The translations under genes and the position numbers were made by a program. Shown here piece by piece: positions 12,775 to 22,114 of a stretch of DNA of 64,000 nucleotides. Under the pieces are notes generated by a model. The model saw only the letters and a list, made by a program, of their open reading frames with translations, had not been told where the DNA came from and searched no databases. Numbering within the stretch: position 1 is the stretch's first letter; each line of letters opens with the position of its first letter. Source of the DNA: Minutocellus sp. GHC0000111 (Eukaryota); the NCBI GenBank assembly GCA_977018835.1, contig OZ361256.1:1612001-1676000 (forward strand), written 5' to 3'.

Positions 12775-13535
12775 GAAAGGAAAGGAAAGCGACGAATGAA
12801 TCGAAACAGCTTACACGCGCAGAGAACACATGACATGCTTGTCGTGTAATGTAGATCTACACACTGGAAACTCACATCATCATCTATCCATAAGGCACTG
12901 AACCATTGCTGATCTTCTTCGCCAGGGAATTCTCGTTCCGAAGAAAACACTATGATTCCTTTGCCACCGGAATGTATGCAAGCTTCGACCATTCTTCGGG
13001 AATCACTATAATCAGTGATTTTGACAGGGGCACCACCATACATGAGACAGATACCCCCGTCAGCCCCAGGACACTCGCCATCATCATTGAACGTGCCACA
13101 GTCAACGAGTGGTCCCGATGCGGAAAGGTGAGGCGAAGTAAAAAATCCATGGATATTCCATTTTGGCTCGTACACCTCGCCACCGGATAGTTTGATCTCT
13201 GCCCCAGTGTATGGGAAGCAATCACATTTGTTTTTCGGGCACTTTAGACGTGCAATCGTTGAGGCCGAACTCGGAGAGGCCGGCATCAAAGCACAAGTGA
13301 GGATGCTCAAGGCAAGGCTCGCAGGTGCCGCTGCTCGATCCGAGTTCATGCTTGCAGTATTCGTCTTCGCCTGCACAAGGGAAGTCGGCGGAGCACTCGA
13401 CTGCCTTTGCGGCATCATCGTCGTCCTCCTCTTGATGTTCAAAGATCAAAAACGGAGGTTCTTCTTCGGCAGAAGAAGTCGCCAAGGCGGAGAAGAGCGC
13501 GAAACAGAAAGTGTGTAGGGGAGTGAAAGCCTCAT
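10894..13535 (-). CDS. 7TM GPCR-like receptor (cAMP-receptor/Git3-like diatom family) with Cys-rich and PA-like ectodomain; introns 12718-12875 and 11932-12054; frameshifts near 13503 and 13244
   Basis: Seven hydrophobic segments with GN..TCTAQGFFIQLG, SLSIYYLLVLKYGW and PLQGFWNLIVY motifs. A signal peptide is recovered after one frameshift (MRLSLPYTLSV/ALFSALATSSA). Both introns are GT-AG and keep the frame. Confidence 0.8.
12719..12772. repeat. (TA)27 microsatellite inside a receptor intron
   Basis: Directly visible perfect dinucleotide run. Confidence 0.97.
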
Positions 13536-13804
13536 CTCTTTACGCTGGTTCGGATGGATACTAGCTAGACTAGCTAGCTAATCGTAGCTGATCAGATGGT
13601 AAAGAGAGAGTTCGGAGCGTGAAAGTTGCAGAGGATGAAAGCAGCTATCGGCGTCTATCTTCTATGAAGTCGTTAGAGATGCGACGAATGAACTGTTCTT
13701 TTTCTCAGACAAGTGGTGTGAGAGCAATAGTGAGAGAGTGTGTAATGGAAGCACGACGTCTTGCTTACCGTAATCACCGGATCGGTTCGCTTTTTTCTTG
13801 GTTC

Positions 13805-13871
13805 GGTTTACCCTTTCTGAATCTTACTTTACGAGTAGGTTTACCCTCTCTGAATCTTACTTTACGAGTAG
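13805..13871. repeat. 33-bp tandem duplication
   Basis: GGTTTACCCTYTCTGAATCTTACTTTACGAGTA occurs twice with one mismatch. Confidence 0.9.
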
Positions 13872-14377
13872 CCAATGCAATTTTTTGATATCTCTTGACT
13901 TGGCTGACATTTATTTATTTTGAGGGGCAGTTGTGTTGTGTGCCGAAAGACGTTTCCCGCCTCCTGACTTTCTGATCGACTTTCCGCCGGGACAGTGAAG
14001 AGGCTCTTTTTGTTGTCGGCGGGGGCAGCAGCCAGCCAACTACACACAGACAACACACGTAGAGTATGTGTAAATGCCATGAAGTACAGTCCGACGGACT
14101 GTAGATCTAAGTAGCTAAATTTAGATCTAGCTAGATCTACATTACATGATGAAATTTCAGCAGTCGTAGATCTACCGGTAGTCAGATCCAGTCGTCAAGG
14201 TCTACTAAAGTAGACTCTCTACATGTATCGGTAGCTAGATCTAGTAGAAAACTACATGTACGAGGTCATGTACGAGGTCTAGAGCGAGAGTCAGTCTCTA
14301 GCTACCGGCACATGATGTATCCAGGCGTGTAGCACCGGCAAGGATCCGAAGAAATGTATTCAAGCGGCAGCTCATCA

Positions 14378-15194
14378 TCACTCGACCCGAAACTTCATTC
14401 CAGCCAATTGCTCCGACTTTTCCCAAAGACGTCGGGCTGCATCCTCATCCCTGGCAAAGGCATTCATTCTCTTCTTGATGCGCATACTGTAGTCATAGTA
14501 CTGTCCCTTGACCGGTGAACCCTCCGGCTCTCCCCTAGCAGCCAGCATCACCTGAGTATTTGCTCCCTCCTCCACGGTGAGGATGCTGTCGTAGAACAAA
14601 TCCGAAACAATCGATTGAATTCCGAGGGATTTGACATTATCGCCGTTGCCCTTGCCGTTACCTCCTCGATGATCCGTGCCGAAATAGGTCGTTCGCCATA
14701 TATCGGTTGCAACTCTTCCGGGATGCAACGAGACGGCCGTCAACCAATCCAACCCAGCTGCAGCTGCCCTCCGCTGCAGCTCGTTGGTGAACAGTATGTT
14801 CTCGAGCTTGGAACGGCATACTGAGGGAGGAGGGTGCTGGTTGGTAAATTTTGCTGCTGCTTCTTCTTTGTGGCGATGATGATGATGATGATGGGTCAAG
14901 AACAGCGGCAGAAGCCACGCCGGTTGCAGTGGCGCCGCTACTGCCACCGACCATAAGACCAAAGGATGCGACCGCCATTCCCGTTAGAATATCCCTCCTT
15001 CTGCTGGTATTATTGTTGCCGCTACAATTGTCGTGCTGGAGGTTTCGTTCCGGCGGTGCTTGCTCTTCGTCTTCCCAATGAGGCCCACATGTTATCGTGT
15101 GTTGCGAATTCGTTGGTCGCGCTGGTGGCGACCAAGCGACGACAGATGAAGGCGCCAGGAGAAGCGTCACGAAAAGAGCGACGGTGAGGAGCAT
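14378..15194 (-). pseudogene. Plastid-targeted short-chain dehydrogenase (retinol-DH/POR-like) with the Rossmann core deleted
   Basis: Signal peptide ending VVA-W, an SRRRDIL twin-Arg-like segment and YQPAPSSLS are joined out of frame (~14820) to the SDR C-terminus (RSKLENILFTNELQRR...AVSLHPGRVATDIWR...EEGANTQVMLA...ARRLWEKSEQL). No TGxxxGxG motif is present. Confidence 0.7.
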
Positions 15195-15429
15195 CGTGCC
15201 AATAATGCTGCTGTTTCAGATGTGTTTGTTCGTCATGCTTCTTTGGCTGTGATGCTAAGCAAACATTCGTCAGCAGCCACGGGCCCGCGCTGGCTGGCTG
15301 CTGCGATCTACGTACGTACAGCGTGTACGTTACACTGGACTCGATGAATTGAAGCACTACGTAGCATGGGACGCCGCTGTTCCCCCTCTTTCGTCATTCG
15401 TCATCATCATGAGCATCAACAATGATTGA

Positions 15430-15959
15430 GAGCCATTCTTCCAAACAGGTCCCACAGAGGCCTTTGGAAAACGGGCCTGGCTGGAAAACGAGGTTTCTGA
15501 CCCGATTTGAAAAAGGGCCTGTCAGTGGTCTCTCCAAACAGATTTCGAGGCAAAATGGCAAAACCGAGGGGCCGTCTCGAAAGAGGGGCTGTCAACATCA
15601 GAGGCATCTTCTTTCCCGGAACACAAGAAGATGCGATTGTGGAGCAAACATGCTGCAGCAGGCGTGGAAGTGACTTCACATTAGATGCAATAACAAACGC
15701 TAATGCCATCGCAAAGTCACTTTTGAGAGATCAACATGTGTTCATCATCGTTCCGGTCGAACTTTTTTATCACCACATGATGTGTTCCGCCACCTCGTTC
15801 TCCAGCTGGCGTCAGAAATCGATTTGCGATTCCTGACGCCAGCTGGAGAACGAGGCAACCCGGAAGTTTTTAAAACTCGAAAAAACGAGGCAACCCGGAA
15901 CTCGTTTTCCAGCCAGGCCCGACTTCCGGAGGCCTTGCGGGACCTGTTTGGAACGGCTC
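15430..15959. mobile_element. MITE-like non-autonomous element with ~55-60 bp imperfect terminal inverted repeats and an internal hairpin
   Basis: 15439-15492 (TTCCAAACAGGTCCC...GGGCCTGGCTGGAAAACGAG) is the reverse complement of 15901-15953 with about 6 differences. A perfect 23-bp inverted repeat lies at 15793-15815/15833-15855. No clear target-site duplication (TSD). Confidence 0.7.
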
Positions 15960-16093
15960 GACCGGGGGGGGGGACTCTCCGACATGCGTCCCGCCTGTTC
16001 AATTGTGTTGACGCCACTCATTCAGTCCAAAACTCATCGCATGTTTTCCTTCCTGTTGTGCTTTGCATGCAGCATGCATGTGCAAATCATAAA

Positions 16094-16500
16094 GTGGCCG
16101 TGACAAATCTAGTGAAAGATCAGCCAGAACATGTGTTGCGGATAGCCAATTTCGCCGTTGACACAATCCGGGCTGCGAGCGAGACGCTCATCGACACCTG
16201 TGATCCATCCATGGGATTCATAAAGATCAGAGCCGGATTTCACAGCGGAAGCGTCGTGGCGAATGTCGTGGGAAGGGTCAACCCCAGACATTGTTTGTTT
16301 GGTGACACGGTCAACACTGCCTCGAGGATGGAATCCAATTCCAAGCCTGGACGCATCCATTGCTCAGAAAAGTCTGCCAAATTACTGCTCCGGCAGCATC
16401 CGGAAATGCCAATGATGGCGTGTCTCGCGGCCTCGTGTCAAATAAAGAGGGCAAGGGTGACATGAGAACGTGCTGGGTGAACGAGCAGTCTCGCATGCGA
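16094..16500 (+). pseudogene. Class III adenylate/guanylate cyclase C-terminal fragment, hypermutated and frameshifted
   Basis: AVTNLVKDQ...[16 protein letters not shown]...[28 protein letters not shown], then after indels [12 protein letters not shown]. The N-terminal half of the domain is absent. The upstream sequence looks like an intron 3' end (…ATAAAG|TGGCC). Confidence 0.85.
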
Positions 16501-17322
16501 AGACAGACGTCTTTGACTAATGTCAGTCAGCTCCATTGCATCGTTGCGCAGACTCTCAAACACATCGTCACGAAGACTCTCCGCGACATCATCGTCTTCC
16601 AACACATGCACGGATGTCTCGCCCAAAACTCCTCTGCCAAATGCCCGTCAAGAAGCAAAAGCCAGGGGCTCAACGGCGGTCGAACGAAACGTGTCAAGCG
16701 ACTCAGTGTCAAGGAGACCGATGATGATCTTGTGGACCTTTTGAAGTTGAGAGATCGTCTCCAGTGTCCGTTGGACAAAGCCTGACTGAGATGAGAACGA
16801 ACGGCTACATGTGTGGTGAATTTTGTGCCGGTACCTCTAGATGTGCATGCATGTAGTGCAGATGGTTTTTGTGAACTCTAATTGCACAAATAATGAAGTT
16901 AAGTTCAATTTAGTTTTAACCCCCATGTAGATCTGTTAACATGCTTGCTACACAATGTTTTACCCTGCGGCCGTGAAAGGATGAATAAAAAATATCGGAA
17001 TGACGCGCGATGACACTGACGACACTCTCGAGCTCTCACCAACCACTTTAGCCATCGCCGCATGAGCCTCATTCGATGATGTTCGCTGCCAGTCGTCCTT
17101 TGGCCTTCAGTTCAGTCCTTCGTGTTGGTCCATTCATTCCACGTTTCCAGGCTTTGCTGACTACGAACTCGTAATTTCAGATCAGTTCAGGTCACCAGGT
17201 CAGTTCAGTTCAGTTTTTTCACCCCACTGAGTCGAGTCAGGCAGCATCGAGTGACGAACGCCATCAGCCTCACAATAACACAAGTCAAGTCAAGTCGAGA
17301 AGTCAAATACTTGGTGGTACCA

Positions 17323-20300
17323 ATGAACGGCCCAGAGAGGGCCCGAGCCGCAGCCGCCGCGGACGGGAGGCAGTTCCAGCGCCAGCCATCTCGTAGGCCG
17401 CAACCCCGTGACGTATTTGCTCGGCCTCCCGGAATACGCGACAACAATGGCAACCGCACCCGTCGAGCCTCGAGCGTGGAACGACGAAATGGTGCTTCTT
17501 CCACAAAGAATGCCATCGACAAAGCCAAGGCCAATGGCAAAGGCAAGAGCAGCTCCAAGGACAAGCAGCAGCTTCCAATGGCATCCTTCTCGGAGCTGTT
17601 TTCCTTCTTCGAGACGACGGGGACCAAGCTGCTGTTTGCCACGGGTTGCTTCGCCGGCATCCTCAATGGCCTCGTGTATCCCATCCTGGCCTATCTGTTC
17701 TCAAATTCCTTCTCGGATCTCGGCGGCGCGGCGGACGGGATGGCCAGCATCCGCAACGTGGCGTTTCAGTTTCTTGTTGTCGGTGCATACGCATTTGCCG
17801 TGGCGACGATCCAGACGTCGTGCCTGGAAGTGGCGGCGACCCGAGCGACGTTGGCCTTTCGCAAGCAGTGGTTCTCTGCTCTGCTGCGGCAGGATGCGGC
17901 CTTTTTCGACGTCCACGATGTTTCTGGTCTGGCCAGCACGGTCGGGTCGAGTGCCACGAAAGTCCGCCGTGGATTGGGCCGCAAGTTTGGTGAAGGGGTG
18001 CAGTTCTTTACGACGTTTGTCGGCGGTTTGATATATGCCTTCTATGCCAGTTGGAGGGTGGCGCTCGTAGTCATTGGTGTCTTGCCGTTCGTTTCCATCA
18101 GCGCTCTTGCCGTGATGAAGATCAACCAGTCGCAGACGGCTAGAGCCACCAAGGCATACAGTTCGGCGGGTGGGGTGGCGTACCAGGCCGTTGCCAGTAT
18201 CCGAACGGTATTAAGCTTGAACGCCGTACCAAACTTCATCAAGGAATACAAGGTGGCCACGATGGAGGCATACCGAAACGCAGTATCGCCGCTCTGGAAG
18301 CAGGGATTCGTCAATGGCAGTATGCTGGGATCATTCATCATCTTGTATTGCATCTTGACGTTGTATGGATCGTTCCTGCTCTATGAGGATATTCGGTCGA
18401 CGGGGTGCGATGCCTCCGCCGGCGTACCTGGAGTCGAGGATTGCGGTGAAACCGGACCATCAGTCTTTGGTGCGATGCTGGGTGCATTGTCATTGCATCG
18501 GATGAAGATTTGAGCAAAGAGATTGCCAAGAAGAAGGAGCAGCAGAAGAAGCAGAAGCAAAATCGGCGGAGGAGCAGTGCCAAGGGTGCACGAAAGAGCG
18601 TTCAATTCAACAATGAGGAGATCGATGACGATGAAGAGGATTCGTACGATAGTCTCGAGAGTGGAACCAAGACACATACATTGCCCAAATATTTGATTGA
18701 TTCTTCGTCGCACCACGGACTGAAACCAGCTAAAATCACTGGAGCGATTCGATTCCGAGATGTGTCGTTTGCCTATCCAACTCGGCCGGACAATCCAGTC
18801 TTTCGCAACTTCAATTTAGACATCAAGGCTGGAACAACGGTGGCCTTGGTCGGCCCTAGCGGTGGAGGTAAATCCACTACAGTGGGTTTGGTGGAACGCT
18901 TCTATGATCAACAGCAGGGCACTGTGTCGTTGAATGGCATCGATCTCAAGCTCATCAATGTGCACTACCTGCGGTCTGTCATTGGGTATGTAGGCCAGGA
19001 GCCTACGCTCTTTGCCACAACCATCGCTGGAAATATCAGATATGGCAAGCCAACTGCTACCATGGATGAAATCCGCGAGGCTGCAATAATGGCGAATGCC
19101 GATGACTTCATCATGAGCCTTCCCGATGGCTACGATATGCAAGTAGGAGACAAGGGCTCTCAGCTTTCTGGCGGGCAGAAGCAGCGAATTGCGAGTAAGT
19201 TGGAGTAGAATTGATGATACGCATTCTATTTGCATGGTCCAGTGACCATTACGAATCGTATGGGAGGTCGTTCAGTCGTTCAGTGGTCTCATTTTTTTTG
19301 CTCTTTCTTTATACCATGCGTTCTTTATATCATGCATATTCCAGTTGCCCGGGTCCTGGTTGCGAACCCGAAGGTCTTGATCCTCGACGAGGCGACGAGT
19401 GCGCTTGTAAGTATGGAGTGTAGACAACTAAACCTCGTTCGGTATCCTACAACATATTTCGCCCCGTCGCTCTGCCTGCTCATTGAATTCGTTTCTCCTT
19501 CTTTCTTCCATTTGATCTGCAAACGTCTAGGACTCTGAGTCAGAGGGAGTTGTCCAGGAAGCACTTGACAGACTCCGACAGGAACAAAAACGCACCACAA
19601 TCATCATTGCGCATCGATTGACTACGATCCGCAATGCCGATGTGATCGCGGTCATTGCTGGGGGCAAGGTAGTCGAAAAGGGTACTCATGAAGAGCTGAT
19701 GGACTCTCAAATAGGAATGTACCGTAATTTGGTGGAGAAACAGGAGGCCAACCCGGGATCTGCTCCTCCATCTCGTACCAATAGCTCCCAGAATCTTCGA
19801 GGCAGTATGAGAGAGAGCTTTACTGACATGGAAGTCGCCGATGGTGGCACCAGGGCGAGTCTCCACGTATCCCATCAGCTCAAGTTTCGCAACGTTACCT
19901 TCTCGTACCCTACTCGCCCGGGGAAGCTCATCATGGATGGATTCAATCTATCAATCCGCAAAGGAGAGACCCTGGCGCTTGTCGGGCCTAGCGGGGGAGG
20001 TAAATCCACTACGGTTTCGCTTATTGAGCGATTCTACGACCCCAATTCCGGGACTTTGGACTTTGAAGGTGTGGATGTCAAGGATTTGAATGTGAAATGG
20101 CTTCGCGATCAAATTGGAATGGTGCAGCAAGAACCAGTCCTCTTCAACGGGAGTATTTTCAAGAATATCGGCATGGGTTGGGATCGAGCAAAGCAATCCG
20201 ATATTATCGAGGCTGCCAAGGCTGCGAATTGTCACGACTTTATTTCAGCTTTTCCGGAAGGATACAACACCGAGGTCGGGGAGGGGGGGACGCAGACCAG

Positions 20301-21921
20301 TGGAGGTCAGAAGCAACGCATTGCTATCGCCAGAGCTCTGGTGAAGAAACCAAAGATTCTTTTGCTCGATGAGGCTACCAGCGCGTTGGACACCGATTCT
20401 GAACAGGTAGTGCAAGAAGCTTTGGATGGGCTCATGGCTAGCCATGACAGGACGACGATTGTAATAGCTCACAGGCTTTCGACCATTCGCAATGCTGACC
20501 GTATTGCCTTTGTTGCCGGTGGCAAGGTCCGGGAGATTGGTTCTCATGATGAGCTGATGCAGAAGCCCAATGGACGGTACAAGAGACTTGTCGAGTCGCA
20601 AAAGCGATCGTCGACAGTTGATCTGACCGCGATCAAGGAAGATGCTGTATTGAAATCTGCCAGCAATGATGAAGAAGAGGAAGATAATGAGGCTGGCAAA
20701 GATCTCGAGGAGGATACTGATAAAGCTTTCGATGCCAAAAGAGCTCGGCAGATGGCCTTGCCTGACCTCAAGTTCCTCCTGTTTGGCGCTTTGGGAGCCA
20801 TATTTGCGGGCGGTGTGTTCCCCGCTTGGGGCATTATGTTCGCCTTTATGATTGAATTGCTCTTCCGTCGAACTCTGCCGTGTCCTGCCGAGGATGGGTC
20901 TATTCCTTTTGGCTACGATTCCTGCGATGCCTACCATGACGCTCTTGCCGATGACATGCAGTCCACCTCGTACGAGCTCGGCGTCTACTGGGCCGTCGTC
21001 GCCGTGGGATGCCTCGTTGGTAATGCCCTCGTGTTCTGGGGATTCGGCATGGCATCGGAGCGTCTCAACAAGCGCGTTCGTGACTCTGCATTCTCCGCCC
21101 TCGTTCGACAAGAGGTTGCCTTCTTTGACAAGCAGAGCGTTGGTAGCATCATATCGCAGCTGCAGGACGATGCCGCGCTCATCCATACGTTCAGCGGCGA
21201 ACCGATTCGATCTCAAATAATGAGCCTTTCCAGTGTCATCACCGGTCTCGTCGTCTCGTTTGTGTACATGTGGCCCTTTGCATTGGTGTCCTTGGGAACA
21301 ATCCCATTTATGGGTTTCGCCACCAGTGTGGAGATGAAAGTCATGTTTGGAGAGGACGAAAGTGACGGCGACGGGAAAGAGGGCCTCAGTAATCCCGGCG
21401 GGATCATTGTTGAGACGCTTCTCAACATTCGAACTGTCGCCGCCCTCAACATGGAGCGCCAACGATACAACGACTATGTTCAGGCCCTCCACAAGTCCGA
21501 ACCGCACGCCGTCCTCAACAGTGTCAAGTCTGGTGCTACTTCCGGACTGTCAATGCTGATTCAACAGTGGAGCAACAGTCTACAGTTTTGGTGGGGCGGT
21601 TGGCTTCTCTTCAACTATCCAGAAGTCTTCTCGTTCGAGGATTTTCTTGTCTCCATGTTCGCTCTTCTATTTTCCTTGTTTGCTCTCGGCGCTGCGACAC
21701 AGGGCGCATCAGACAAGGATAAAGCGAAGAAAGCCGCAGGAAGAATCTTCTATCTGCTCGGTCGTAAGAGTGCTATCGATCCCCTTGGCACCGAGGGCGC
21801 CAAACTTGGTAGGAGACCAAGTCGTTCGAGCAGTCGGGGACCGAGTAGTCGCCGATTGACGAATACCGGCAGGAATCCGAGCAGTCGTCAAATGCAGCGC
21901 GGTCCTAGCAATCGGATGTAG
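17323..21921 (+). CDS. ABCB/MDR (P-glycoprotein-like) transporter with domain order TMD-NBD-NBD-TMD; introns 19195-19344 and 19407-19530; frame break at ~18484
   Basis: TMD1 (LLRQDAAFFD), NBD (GPSGGGKST, LSGGQKQRIAIAR, LDEATSALD), a second NBD (GPSGGGKST, TSGGQKQR, LDEATSALD) and TMD2 (LVRQEVAFFD) are present in that order. Both introns are canonical and in frame. Confidence 0.88.
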
Positions 21922-22114
21922 ATAATTTAATTTTAGAATTATTTGTACAAAAGCAACATGTTAGAACAAATCAAAATATCCCCTTATTGCTTACTATTAT
22001 TCGTATTCAATAGACCCCAACTTTCCTTGGGGTCTTACTTAGTAATCCATCGCTGCTTTCAATGTACCATTGTCCTCGTGTCACACAACACAATCACAAT
22101 CATGGGCAATCACT

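Noticed and set aside
15782..16093. N-terminal part of the 227-aa cyclase ORF
   Set aside because: It reads through MITE and intron-like DNA. It is probably open only because loss of TA removes TAA and TAG stops.
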